A DNA stretch of 64,000 nt, taken from contig CAVWUU010000004.1 of NCBI GenBank assembly GCA_963758295.1, forward strand, positions 768,001 to 832,000, written 5' to 3'. Position numbers and translations under genes: made by a program. Shown piece after piece: positions 8,574 through 18,364 of the stretch (the first letter of the stretch is position 1; each line of letters begins with the position of its first letter). The notes under the pieces are model-generated. The model did no database searches, was not told where the DNA came from, and worked only from the letters and a program-made list of their open reading frames with translations. The stretch comes from Candidatus Eremiobacteria bacterium (GTDB lineage: Bacteria; Vulcanimicrobiota; Vulcanimicrobiia; Vulcanimicrobiales; Vulcanimicrobiaceae).

Positions 8574-10240
8574 GGTGCTACGGCAAAGGCTCCATTCGTC
8601 TTGGCTCGAGAAAACGCGCGATCGCGGCGAATCGCGAAGGGCCCGATGGCAAGTAAGTCGACCGGCGCCGACCCGAAACATTCCAGTGCGTCGCGAGGAT
8701 CGTCGACCATGGGACGGCCGGCGGTATTCAAACTCGTATTAATGACGACGGGCGTGCCGGTAAGCCGCTCGACCTCATCGAGCATGCGCGCGACGAGGGG
8801 CTCTTGTTTACGATCGACACTCTGGACGCGAGCGCTGCCGTCTACGTGCACCGCTGCTGCAATTTTGTCTTTCCAGCCCTCGCGTACGCTGTGCGTGAAC
8901 AACATGTACGGAGACGGAAACTGCCCGACGAACAGCTCCTCCGCGCGCTCCGCCAAAACCATCGGCGCGACGGGGCGGAATTGCTCGCGGCCTTTCACGT
9001 CGTTCAAGCGTTCGAGATTTCGCGCGTAACGGGGGTTTGCAAGAAGGCTTCGGTGTCCGAGCGCGCGCGGGCCAAATTCGCTTCTTCCTTGAAACCATGC
9101 AACGATGCCGTCCTCGGCGATCGTCCGCGCAACTTCGGCCGCAATGTCGTCGCAGCGTTCGTAAGGAATTTTCGCTGCCTGCAACAACTGCTCGAGTGCA
9201 GCATCGTCCCACTCACGCCCAAGCGCCGCTGAATGCATGGGTTGAACGGGGTCGCCGTACCGCTCCGCGATGAATAACGCAGCGCCGAGCGACGTTCCCG
9301 CGTCGCCGGCGGCGGGCTGGACCCACACTTCTTCGTAAGGGCCCTCGGCCGCAATTCGCCCGTTCGCAACGCAATTCAGCGCAACGCCGCCCGCCATTGC
9401 CAGATAACGCTCGCCGGTTTGCGCGTGCAGCCATCGCACTAAGTCAAGCATGACTTCCTCGACACGCAATTGCACGCTCGCCGCAAGATCGGCATGTTCG
9501 GGAAGAAATGCCTCGCCGTCTTTACGGAACGGGGCAAACTCGTTGTAGTTCAGCTGGACGACGGTGAAGCTTCCGCCGTGCACCTGGACGAGCTCGCGCA
9601 AGCGCTCGATGAAACGCGGTTTCCCGTACGCCGCGAGGCCCATTACCTTATACTCATCGGACGACCGGTGAAATCCGAGGTGCGCGGTCAGCTCTTCATA
9701 AAGCAAACCGATCGAATGGGGCAGCTCTTGCGTCGAAAGGATGGAGAGCTTTCCATTGCGCGCTACGCCAAGCAAGGCCGAAGAACGTTCGCCCCGGCCG
9801 TCGAGTACAAGCACCGCGCACGATTCGAATCCGGCCGCAAGATAAGCAGATGCCGCGTGTGCGACGTGATGAGGAACGAACTCTACTTTGGCACGCTCGA
9901 TCCCCGGCAAAGCCGTTGCGAGAAATTTCGGGAATCGCCGCGCGTAGAGCGTACGCAATCCTTCCCATTCGTCGCTGGTGAGATCTTCGGCGAGTGGCGG
10001 AGCCAAATCGGGATCGTAGGAGTAGGCCACGACGTCGACGTCGGAGGGCTTGAGGCCCGCGTACGACAGCGCCCAGCTTGCCGACGCGACCGGCAGTTCC
10101 CATGTGCTGAACGGCACGCACGGCTTGCCATGTTTGCGCCTGCTGAATCGCTCCTCTTCTGCCGCCGCGACGATGCGTCCGTCGGATATTAGAGACGCCG
10201 ACGTATCGTGAAACACGGCATTGATTCCGAGAACGTTCAC
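8570..10240 (-). CDS. Carbamoyltransferase, NodU/CmcH family
   Basis: HDTSA, EEERFSRRKH, HHVAHAAS, GGVALNC, EFGPRALGHRS, KGREQFRPVAP, NTSLN. Confidence 0.95.
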   Translation of the reverse strand: MNVLGINAVFHDTSASLISDGRIVAAAEEERFSRRKHGKPCVPFSTWELPVASASWALSYAGLKPSDVDVVAYSYDPDLAPPLAEDLTSDEWEGLRTLYARRFPKFLATALPGIERAKVEFVPHHVAHAASAYLAAGFESCAVLVLDGRGERSSALLGVARNGKLSILSTQELPHSIGLLYEELTAHLGFHRSSDEYKVMGLAAYGKPRFIERLRELVQVHGGSFTVVQLNYNEFAPFRKDGEAFLPEHADLAASVQLRVEEVMLDLVRWLHAQTGERYLAMAGGVALNCVANGRIAAEGPYEEVWVQPAAGDAGTSLGAALFIAERYGDPVQPMHSAALGREWDDAALEQLLQAAKIPYERCDDIAAEVARTIAEDGIVAWFQGRSEFGPRALGHRSLLANPRYARNLERLNDVKGREQFRPVAPMVLAERAEELFVGQFPSPYMLFTHSVREGWKDKIAAAVHVDGSARVQSVDRKQEPLVARMLDEVERLTGTPVVINTSLNTAGRPMVDDPRDALECFGSAPVDLLAIGPFAIRRDRAFSRAKTNGAFAVAP

Positions 10241-10396
10241 TACTCGCTTACTCGTCCTTCGTAAAAGGGGGTACTTCTAGAGCGTCGTTTCCCATAAATA
10301 TTATGATTAACGCCTCCCGGTGTCCGAAACATAACAATGTTGTCGTATGCGCGATTAAAGCGTCTGAGCGAGACGTGAGATGGCAACGAGCCATGC

Positions 10397-11713
10397 ATGC
10401 ACACCGTCGCCGTCTGCGGAACCGGGTACGTCGGACTTGTCACCGCCGCATGTCTGGCATATATCGGGAACGACGTCGTCGCCTACGACACGGACCATAC
10501 GAAAATTGCGACGCTACGCCGGGGCGAGATTCCGTTTCACGAGCCGAATCTGGAATCGATCCTGCGCGCAGCAACGGCGAACGGACACCTACGTTTCACC
10601 GCCTCGCCGAAGGAAGCGCTCGAAGCGCGCGAGATCGTCTTCATCGCAGTGGGCACTCCAGTCGGACCGCTCGGTGACGCTGATCTAACGTACGTGCGGC
10701 AAGCCGCCCGCGACATCGCGCGCTATGCCACCGGACCGATGCTCGTAGTCAACAAATCGACCGTTCCGGTAGAGACCGCAGATCTCGTCGCACGTCTGCT
10801 TGAGCGCGATGGCGAAGGCCGGCTCTTCACGGTTGCTTCCAACCCTGAGTTCCTGCGCGAAGGAACGGCTATCGAAGACTTCATGCGTCCCGACCGCATC
10901 GTGATCGGAACGCACGACGAGTCGGCCGCTGCGTTGCTTCGCGACCTCTATTCAAAGTTCGACGCGCCGGTGCTCGTGGTAGATCCGCACACCGCGGAAA
11001 TGATCAAATATGCCGCAAACGCGTTCTTGGCGGCGAAAATCTCTTTCGTGAACGAGCTTTCGACGCTCTGCGACGCCGTCGGCGCCGATATCGATGACGT
11101 GCTCCGCGGCATTGCTTACGATCACCGCATCGGCCGACAGTACATGCAGCCCGGAATTGGGTTCGGCGGCTCCTGCTTGCCTAAAGACGTAAGCGCGCTT
11201 ACGCACGTAGCCCGTGCACACGGCATTGAACCGACAATGCTGGATGCAATTGCGGATGTGAACCGCCGCCAGGTAGCTCGGGCTATCCGGCGCGTCAGCG
11301 CCGAATGCGGCGAACTCGACGGATCGACGGCGGCCGTCTGGGGACTTTCCTTTAAAGCCGAGACGGACGACATTCGCGACTCACCCGCGGTTGCGCTCGT
11401 GCAAGCCTTACTCTCGCAAGGCGTCGAGGTGCGCGCACACGACCCGGCCGCAATGAAAAACGCACGGCGCATTTTCCAGGATCGCATCACGTACGCTTCA
11501 TCGCCGTACGACGCGGCCGAAAGCGCCGATTACCTCATCGTGGCGACCGTATGGCCTTCCTATAAAACGGTTGACTGGCGCTACGTCGGGGAATTGTTGC
11601 GCACACCCCGGGTCTTTGACGTGCGAAACGGCCTGGATGCCGCTATGTTGCGGGCGATGGCTTTCCAATATTTCGGTATAGCACGTCCGGACCGCACGAG
11701 GATTCCAAAATGA
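10397..11713 (+). CDS. ugd: UDP-glucose 6-dehydrogenase
   Basis: GTGYVG, SNPEFLREG, GFGGSCLPKD, GLSFKAETDDIRDSP. Confidence 0.93.
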   Translation: MHTVAVCGTGYVGLVTAACLAYIGNDVVAYDTDHTKIATLRRGEIPFHEPNLESILRAATANGHLRFTASPKEALEAREIVFIAVGTPVGPLGDADLTYVRQAARDIARYATGPMLVVNKSTVPVETADLVARLLERDGEGRLFTVASNPEFLREGTAIEDFMRPDRIVIGTHDESAAALLRDLYSKFDAPVLVVDPHTAEMIKYAANAFLAAKISFVNELSTLCDAVGADIDDVLRGIAYDHRIGRQYMQPGIGFGGSCLPKDVSALTHVARAHGIEPTMLDAIADVNRRQVARAIRRVSAECGELDGSTAAVWGLSFKAETDDIRDSPAVALVQALLSQGVEVRAHDPAAMKNARRIFQDRITYASSPYDAAESADYLIVATVWPSYKTVDWRYVGELLRTPRVFDVRNGLDAAMLRAMAFQYFGIARPDRTRIPK

Positions 11714-12651
11714 ACGCACTCGTAACCGGCGGTGCCGGGTTCCTGGGCTCCCATCTGTGCGAGGCGCTCTTGCGGGAAGGCCACAACGTCGTAGCGGTAG
11801 ACAGCTTACTGACCGGCGATCTTTCCAATATCGCGCCGCTGCTCGAGGACGACCGGTTCCGGTTCGTGCATGCAGACGTTAGCGAGACGCTGCCTAAGCC
11901 CGACCGGCTCGACGCGATCTTCCATTTTGCATCGCCCGCAAGTCCAATCGACTATGCCGAACGTCCGTTAGAAACGTTGCGCGTCAATTCGCTTGGGACG
12001 GAAAGATGCTGCGCGCTTGCCGCAGAGCGAGGCGCCCGGCTTCTATTTGCGTCAACTTCGGAAGTCTACGGCGACCCTATGGAACATCCGCAACGCGAAA
12101 CGTACTTCGGCAACGTGAACCCCAACGGCCCCCGCTCTTGTTACGACGAAGCCAAGCGTTACGGCGAAGCGATGATTGCCGCTTTCCAAAGAACGCAGGG
12201 GCTCGACGCTCGCATCGTTCGAATCTTTAACACGTATGGACCGCGCATGCGGCGCAATGACGGCCGCGTCGTTCCGGCGTTCGTTTCCCAAGCCCTTGCG
12301 GGCGCGCCGTTCACCATCTTCGGGAACGGATTGCAGACCCGCTCGCTCTGCTATGTCGACGATCTGGTCGAAGCGATCGTTCGTTTCGCGACGATCGACG
12401 AGCCGAAGTATCGAGTGATCAATATCGGCAACGAGCACGAAGTAACCGTCTTGGATATCGCGGCCCTTGTGGCGGAGCTCTGCAACGTTCCCTTACGGCT
12501 TGACACCCGGCCACTTCCCGAGAACGATCCGCTCCAACGCCGGCCCGATTTGACCCGCGCACGTGAAGCATTACGATGGTCCCCAAGCACGCCGCTGCAA
12601 GCCGGCATGCTAGCGACGGTAGATTGGTTCAAAACCGCCGTACCGGCATGA
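11710..12651 (+). CDS. UDP-glucuronate decarboxylase-like NAD-dependent epimerase/dehydratase
   Basis: TGGAGFLGS, ASPASP, STSEVYGDP, CYDEAKR, RIFNTYGPRM. Confidence 0.92.
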   Translation: MNALVTGGAGFLGSHLCEALLREGHNVVAVDSLLTGDLSNIAPLLEDDRFRFVHADVSETLPKPDRLDAIFHFASPASPIDYAERPLETLRVNSLGTERCCALAAERGARLLFASTSEVYGDPMEHPQRETYFGNVNPNGPRSCYDEAKRYGEAMIAAFQRTQGLDARIVRIFNTYGPRMRRNDGRVVPAFVSQALAGAPFTIFGNGLQTRSLCYVDDLVEAIVRFATIDEPKYRVINIGNEHEVTVLDIAALVAELCNVPLRLDTRPLPENDPLQRRPDLTRAREALRWSPSTPLQAGMLATVDWFKTAVPA

Positions 12652-13520
12652 ATGCAAGCGCTCAAACTACCCTAGTTATCGCAACACGCAACCGCGTAGG
12701 CCGCCTGCTACAGACACTCGCATCGCTAGAACCGCTCGAAGAATTAACCAGCATCATTGTTGCCGACAACGGTTCCACCGACGGAACCGCCGAAGTCGTC
12801 CGCTCGCAATTCCCAGCCGTAAACATATTGCGACTTCCCGTCAACGTGGGCGCATTCGCTCGAACGATTGCCGCGCGGTTTGTGCGAAGCCCGTACATCG
12901 CGTTTTGCGACGATGACACGTGGTGGCTTCCGGGGTCCATTGCTACGGGAACCGACGTTCTCAACCGGCACCCGCAAATCGGCGTGCTAAACGCCTGCGT
13001 AAAGATCGGTCCGACCGAACGCGTCGATGAAGCTTGTAAGGCGATGGCAAGCGGAGCCGGCAGCGATGACTTGCCCGGCGCGCCGATTCTCTTCTTCCTT
13101 GCCGGTGCATCGCTCATGCGGTCGCAGGCTTTCCTTGCGTGCGGCGGCTACGAACGCCGGTTCCTTATTGGCGCCGAAGAGACTCTGCTTTCGCTCGACA
13201 TTCAGCGGCGAGGCTGGCTCGTAAGGTACGTTCCATCGATGATCGTTCGCCACGATCCCTCACCGATCGAACGAAACGATGCAATGCGACGCCGCTTAGT
13301 AGTGAGGAATCGCTTATGGGTAGCGTGGATGCGTTACGCGCGCGCAAGCGCTTGGCGCGCGACGCTTGAAACGGCGCGTTGCGCGCGCACGGACCGCCAC
13401 GTTCGCGCTGCGTTTCTTCGTGCTTTGGCCGGCTTGCCTTGGGCAATGCTTCATCGACATCCCATCGATCGAGCCTTACAGCAGCGCGTTGATGCCATTT
13501 GGAGTCTGGAAGCGCAATGA
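12648..13520 (+). CDS. Glycosyltransferase family 2
   Basis: VIATRNR, DNGSTDGT, FCDDD, GAEE; ATG overlaps upstream stop. Confidence 0.88.
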   Translation: MNASAQTTLVIATRNRVGRLLQTLASLEPLEELTSIIVADNGSTDGTAEVVRSQFPAVNILRLPVNVGAFARTIAARFVRSPYIAFCDDDTWWLPGSIATGTDVLNRHPQIGVLNACVKIGPTERVDEACKAMASGAGSDDLPGAPILFFLAGASLMRSQAFLACGGYERRFLIGAEETLLSLDIQRRGWLVRYVPSMIVRHDPSPIERNDAMRRRLVVRNRLWVAWMRYARASAWRATLETARCARTDRHVRAAFLRALAGLPWAMLHRHPIDRALQQRVDAIWSLEAQ

Positions 13521-14761
13521 TTGCGGCGTTCGCGGGGCATCCGAGCGTTAGCGCGGGCGATCGCCTCGCCTTGCACGTTTCTACGGACCGCCCGTGCACG
13601 GTGCGTTTCGTGCGTGCCGGGCGGCTGGCCGAAACGATGCGCGAATACCGCGGCTCGCCCGTGCCTGCTGCGAACGCAACCACCAACGAGCCCGGAACTC
13701 CATACGATTGGCCGGCGCTTTCATACGAGATTCCGGATACCTGGCGATCGGGCGTCTATACGGCGATTCTTGAAGAAGGGACGTATCCGCCGCTCAATCG
13801 TCTTGATGCGCGGGAGGGACGGGCGCTCTTTATCGTCCGGCCCCGTTCCCCGCAAGCGTCGATCCTTTATAACGTTCCGCTTTTCACGTATCACGCATAT
13901 AATGTTGCGCACGATCTGAGCGACGACCACACGTGTCTCTACAACCACTGCAAATCGGTAACGCTGGCGCGCCCTGGGGGAGGCAACGGCGGACACCTAT
14001 GGGATGAAGGCAACGTCGACGTTTACGATCCGGAGTCGCCGCGTCAAACCTTCGCTCACTGGGATCAACCGGCGATTCGGTGGCTCGAATCGCACTTCGC
14101 CGAAATAGACTACGCTTGCGATCTCGACTTGCACGAAGACCGCGCAGCGCTCGGAGCGTACCGCTTGCTTTTATCGTTCGGCCACCATGAGTATTGGACG
14201 AAAGAAATGCGAGCCGCACTTCGCGAGCATATCTCCGGCGGCGGCAATGCGGCGTTCTTCACCGGCAATACGTGCTATTTTCGCGTCACGTATGACGGAG
14301 CAAAGAAAAGCATTGCGCGTGACGGCCGCTGGGAGGATGACCCCGAGGAACGCACGTTCGGAGTGAGCTACCGTTTCGGCGGAGGCAAGTGGCGCGGCGG
14401 GCGGCCGCCGACGGGATTCAACGTGCACTCGGCATCGCATTGGATTTACGAAGCTTGCGGAGTGCAAGGCGGCGACGTCTTCGGTGACGATGAGCGATTG
14501 ATTGGGTATGAGTTCGATGGCGTCCCAGACGAACCGTCGAGCGATTTTTCGTTACTCGCTCAACGCCGCATAACCGACTGGCCCGTCAATGACGGCAGCG
14601 GCGAACTTAACGGTGGCCGTGCGAGCCTCGGGATTGTCGAGAGCGGTTCCGGAACGCTTTTTTCCGGTGGAACGGTCGACTGGGCACGTGTGCTCGCTGC
14701 AGGCGAACCTATCGTCGACCGGATCACGCAAAACGTAATACGGCGACTTTCTTCTTCCTAA
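13517..14761 (+). CDS. N,N-dimethylformamidase beta-subunit-like domain protein
   Basis: TYHAYN, GHHEYWTKEMR, FFTGN, GYEFDG, GTVDW motifs. Confidence 0.75.
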   Translation: MIAAFAGHPSVSAGDRLALHVSTDRPCTVRFVRAGRLAETMREYRGSPVPAANATTNEPGTPYDWPALSYEIPDTWRSGVYTAILEEGTYPPLNRLDAREGRALFIVRPRSPQASILYNVPLFTYHAYNVAHDLSDDHTCLYNHCKSVTLARPGGGNGGHLWDEGNVDVYDPESPRQTFAHWDQPAIRWLESHFAEIDYACDLDLHEDRAALGAYRLLLSFGHHEYWTKEMRAALREHISGGGNAAFFTGNTCYFRVTYDGAKKSIARDGRWEDDPEERTFGVSYRFGGGKWRGGRPPTGFNVHSASHWIYEACGVQGGDVFGDDERLIGYEFDGVPDEPSSDFSLLAQRRITDWPVNDGSGELNGGRASLGIVESGSGTLFSGGTVDWARVLAAGEPIVDRITQNVIRRLSSS

Positions 14762-14772
14762 GGAGCAACACG

Positions 14773-15510
14773 ATGGAAATGATGACGCGCGAAACCGGCA
14801 CAATCGGCGGCGCGCCAGCAACTTTGAGCGGCGCATACGTCGTGACCGGCGGCGCTGCGGGGCTCGGAGCGGCAGTCGCCGCAGCGATCGCACGAGCCGG
14901 CGGTACCCCGGTGGTTTTCGACGTGCGAAACCCCGGTGGTGAAGGCGCCAACTTCCATGAAGTCGACGTCTCGAATGCAAACGCCGTGGCACAGGCGGTG
15001 AACGAAGCGGCAAAAAAGCACGGCGGCCTCTCCGGAATCGTCGCAAATGCCGGCATCGACGCGTGCGGCCCGTTCGACAAAGTACCGTTCGAAGATTGGC
15101 AGCGTGTCATCAATGTAAATCTGATAGGCGTTGCAGCGTTGGCACGCGCCGCTCTGCCGCATCTTTTGGAAGCACCCAATGGACGAATCGTCAACGTCGC
15201 CTCGACGCTCGGCTTGCGCGCGCTCTCCGATGCGTCTGCTTATTGTGCTTCGAAATTCGGCGTCGTTGGATTTACTCGCGCGCTCTCAGCGGAGCTAGCC
15301 GGCAAGATCGGCGTTACTCTGCTGCTTCCCGGCGGAATGTCGACTACGTTCTTCGACGGACGTGAAGAGAAATATAAGCCGGGCCCCGACGCAAAGCTGA
15401 ACAAGCCGGAATATGTCGCGAATGCCGTGGTTTTCGCGCTTTCACAGCCTCGCGGATGCGACGTCAAAGAGTTGCTGATCACCCCGAATACGGAGACGTC
15501 TTGGCCATGA
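14773..15510 (+). CDS. SDR family oxidoreductase
   Basis: TGGAAGLG, ANAG, YCASK. Confidence 0.92.
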   Translation: MEMMTRETGTIGGAPATLSGAYVVTGGAAGLGAAVAAAIARAGGTPVVFDVRNPGGEGANFHEVDVSNANAVAQAVNEAAKKHGGLSGIVANAGIDACGPFDKVPFEDWQRVINVNLIGVAALARAALPHLLEAPNGRIVNVASTLGLRALSDASAYCASKFGVVGFTRALSAELAGKIGVTLLLPGGMSTTFFDGREEKYKPGPDAKLNKPEYVANAVVFALSQPRGCDVKELLITPNTETSWP

Positions 15511-15884
15511 TCGACCGGCAAAGCTCGTTTGAGACCGCGTTGAACGAACACCTTTCGGCGATCTCCTCGCGCGACATCGAGCGCTTTGCGAAAACGCTGC
15601 ATCCCGACGTCCGGCTCGTTGGACCGACCGGATCGATCATCCAAGGGTATGACGACGCCGTTGCGGCGCATCGTGGCTGGTTCGCGGAAGGCGGCTGGAG
15701 CTTCGAGCCGAGTGTGCTCTGGAGCGGAGAACGCGGCGATACGGCATGGGCGCTAACGTCGGTGCGCTACACTGTGCCGAATAAGCTCGACCGGTTCCTT
15801 TTGTTCTTGCTGTTCGTTCGCGCAGGCGATACGTGGAAACTGATCTACGATCAGAACACCTCGTTTACGAATACGCACTTATGA
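15507..15884 (+). CDS. NTF2/SnoaL-like domain protein
   Basis: About 125 aa with NTF2-like pattern ending WKLIYDQNT; ATG overlaps SDR stop. Confidence 0.75.
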   Translation: MIDRQSSFETALNEHLSAISSRDIERFAKTLHPDVRLVGPTGSIIQGYDDAVAAHRGWFAEGGWSFEPSVLWSGERGDTAWALTSVRYTVPNKLDRFLLFLLFVRAGDTWKLIYDQNTSFTNTHL

Positions 15885-15915
15885 CGGCTCGGACGCCTCC
15901 GTTATGGCGTTGAAG

Positions 15916-16752
15916 CTAGATTGTCAACGGCGTTTCGATTCCGCCTTCGGAAGCAAGCGCCGTTTCGACAATCTCATCGATTGCTTCATAGCATGGACAA
16001 GCTTCTCGCTCCAACCGTTCGCGATCGAGAATCTGGACAAGCCCGTGATGCACGCGCACGATTCCTCGTCGCTGCAAATCGGAGAAGGCAAGCGAAACCG
16101 ACGGACGGCGGATCGCCGCTACGTCCGCAAGCTGTTGGTGCGTTAAAGAGACCTCGGGCTTCCCGGTTTCGTCCATGATCCAAAGCAGCCAACGCGCAAG
16201 GCGCTTGTCCACGTTATGTTCGGCGTTGCACGCGAGCCGGCAACAACTGATCGTGAAGGCCGCATACGTGGAGCGAAGCAGCATGCGACGAAGCGGATTG
16301 CGCATTGAATCGCTAATTGCATCGAATGCGGCGATACTCAAGCGCCAGGCGCTCCCCGGGGAGAGCACGATCGTGCGCAAGCTGTTGTTCGACAACTCGA
16401 GAACGCGATATAAGCCGACTACGCCTCGGCGCCCGACCGTGAGCACCGACGTAGGCCGCTCCGTATGCGTCGTGTCGCTCCAAGACCACAGCAAGGCGTC
16501 GACCGGAAAGTATAAGAACTCCCCGCGCTCCTCCGGCGAAGCCAGCTCCTGGCCCCGATGAAGGAACAGGCGCCGAAGAAAGGGCGAGAGTTTCGCAATT
16601 TCTTCGCGCGGCAAGCCATCAAGTAGCCGATTGCCGAAGACCGGTTGTACTTGCGGGTTGTACGAAACTATTCCACGGGTCGATCCTCGCAGATCGTACA
16701 TCTTGGCCCTCCGTGACATGTATTTACCGCGAACGGGGTCGATAGCAAACAT
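15916..16752 (-). CDS. Crp/Fnr family transcriptional regulator
   Basis: NRLLDGLP, HNVDKRLARWLL, LTHQQLAD..RRPSVS HTH, ACPCY tail; start uncertain. Confidence 0.88.
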   Translation of the reverse strand: MFAIDPVRGKYMSRRAKMYDLRGSTRGIVSYNPQVQPVFGNRLLDGLPREEIAKLSPFLRRLFLHRGQELASPEERGEFLYFPVDALLWSWSDTTHTERPTSVLTVGRRGVVGLYRVLELSNNSLRTIVLSPGSAWRLSIAAFDAISDSMRNPLRRMLLRSTYAAFTISCCRLACNAEHNVDKRLARWLLWIMDETGKPEVSLTHQQLADVAAIRRPSVSLAFSDLQRRGIVRVHHGLVQILDRERLEREACPCYEAIDEIVETALASEGGIETPLTI

Positions 16753-16802
16753 TCAGGTCGGTAAGCGGACGCGCGGATGCGCTTGACGAATCGCTTTTTC
16801 CC

Positions 16803-17288
16803 ATGACGGACTATGAGTTGCTGGCGCAGCAAGCGGAACACTTGCTTGCGGGCGAATCCAACTTTCTCGCTAATGCCGCCAACTTTGCGTCGTTCGTCTA
16901 TCACGAAATACCGCAGCTCAATTGGGCCGGGTTCTACTTCGTTGAAGAGAATGGCGACCTCGTGCTCGGTCCCTTCAACGGCAGGCCTGCCTGCACGCGC
17001 TTACCTAGCGGCCGCGGCGTATGCGGCGCGTCATTCGTGCGCAACGAAACCGTCGTAGTCCACGACGTTCATGCCTTTTCCGATCACATCGTTTGCGACA
17101 GCGCGTCCAAAGCCGAAATCGTCGTGCCTCTGCGAGACGGAGAATGCGTCTACGGCGTTTTTGACATTGACAGTCCGCTCGCCGGCCGTTTCAACCACGC
17201 CGATCGTGCCGGGATAGAGCGGCTAGTTGGAGTGTTTCTTAAGACCGCGCAAAATCGCCGAGCAGTTGTCGCACATCACAGCCGGTAA
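16803..17288 (+). CDS. msrC: GAF-domain free methionine-R-sulfoxide reductase
   Basis: NWAGFY, LGPFNGRPAC, GRGVCG, HIVCDSASKAEIVVP, DIDSP. Confidence 0.88.
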   Translation: MTDYELLAQQAEHLLAGESNFLANAANFASFVYHEIPQLNWAGFYFVEENGDLVLGPFNGRPACTRLPSGRGVCGASFVRNETVVVHDVHAFSDHIVCDSASKAEIVVPLRDGECVYGVFDIDSPLAGRFNHADRAGIERLVGVFLKTAQNRRAVVAHHSR

Positions 17289-17553
17289 GCGCGTCCACGT
17301 ACTCCCAACTCGTCAGCACGCCGAACCATTCACGCCAGACCGCGAAAACCGCTTTCGGATCGCGCCCAGGGAGGGCGCGCAGTAAGCCGTCACTCGGTTC
17401 GGATGCACACTGTTGCCGGTTCCAGAGCCAGTTGCGCCAGTAAACGTCTGCCTTTTCGCAGACGTCTTGCAGAACGGCCAACTGGAAATCCATGTCGCTT
17501 CGGCTATGCGGATGAGGAGACCGAAGAGTCTCATGGATCATCATGCGGATCAC
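17239..17553 (-). CDS. Hypothetical protein (uncertain)
   Basis: Largest ORF filling the msrC-ppa gap; Trp-rich; no recognised motif; overlaps msrC 3' end. Confidence 0.3.
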   Translation of the reverse strand: MIRMMIHETLRSPHPHSRSDMDFQLAVLQDVCEKADVYWRNWLWNRQQCASEPSDGLLRALPGRDPKAVFAVWREWFGVLTSWEYVDALTGCDVRQLLGDFARS

Positions 17554-17659
17554 CTCGTCCTGCTATTTTACTCCATTGCCTGCTTGGCGCGAGAAGTCCA
17601 TTGAATCGAAACGCAGCATCCACTTTAGTCTCGCGCTTCTTCCGGGTACGAGCAACCTA

Positions 17660-18199
17660 ATGGCACAGGACTATACGAAAATTCCACCGTTCGTAGCGGG
17701 CAAGCGGCGAATCTACGCGGTGATCGAAACGCCCGCATTCACCCGGCACAAGTACGCGTACGATTCGCAGTTCGAAGTGATGAAACTCCATCTCACGCTC
17801 CCCGAAGGACTTGAATGGCCTTATGACTATGGGTTCGTGCCCGGAACGCTCGCCGAGGACGGCGATCCCATTGATGTTCTGCTATTGAACGACGCGTCCA
17901 CGTTTACTGGATGCCTGGTCGAGGCGCGTTTGCTCGGCGTTATCAAGATAAAGAAAAACGGCGTAGAAAACGACCGGCTTATCGCCCGGCCGCCGCGTCG
18001 TAAAGGCGTTGCGCTCTCGACAGACGACTACAAAGATATCGACGACGTCCCAAAAGCGACGTTGCGCGGGATCGAGCGGTTCCTCGTAGAGTACTCCGAA
18101 GAAGCGGGAAACAAAATTGATTACGGCGGTACGGGAAATCGCGAGCAAGCCTTTGCGATGCTAGAGAAAGGCGTTAAAGCTTTCGAAAAGCGCGAGTGA
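17660..18199 (+). CDS. ppa: Inorganic pyrophosphatase (family I)
   Basis: YDYGFVPGTLAEDGDPIDVL, ENDRLI. Confidence 0.88.
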   Translation: MAQDYTKIPPFVAGKRRIYAVIETPAFTRHKYAYDSQFEVMKLHLTLPEGLEWPYDYGFVPGTLAEDGDPIDVLLLNDASTFTGCLVEARLLGVIKIKKNGVENDRLIARPPRRKGVALSTDDYKDIDDVPKATLRGIERFLVEYSEEAGNKIDYGGTGNREQAFAMLEKGVKAFEKRE

Positions 18200-18364
18200 T
18201 GCGGGTATAGTGCGAGCATGCAAAGCTCGTGCCCTCGTGGCGATACGTTTGGATGCTTTCGCGCACGCCTCTGCTAAAGGATCACATTTTTCAAACGCTC
18301 TGCGGCCGGTTGCTCGTGCATCGGTATCCGGCACGCCTCCAACGAACGTAAGATTAGGGGAACG

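Noticed and set aside
9824..9837. Match to the tRNA-Thr(TGT) T-arm as a possible att site
   Set aside because: Short match inside an intact coding sequence; no integrase in the window
1645..10240. Nod-factor biosynthesis
   Set aside because: No nodABC homologues; NodS/NodU families are widespread
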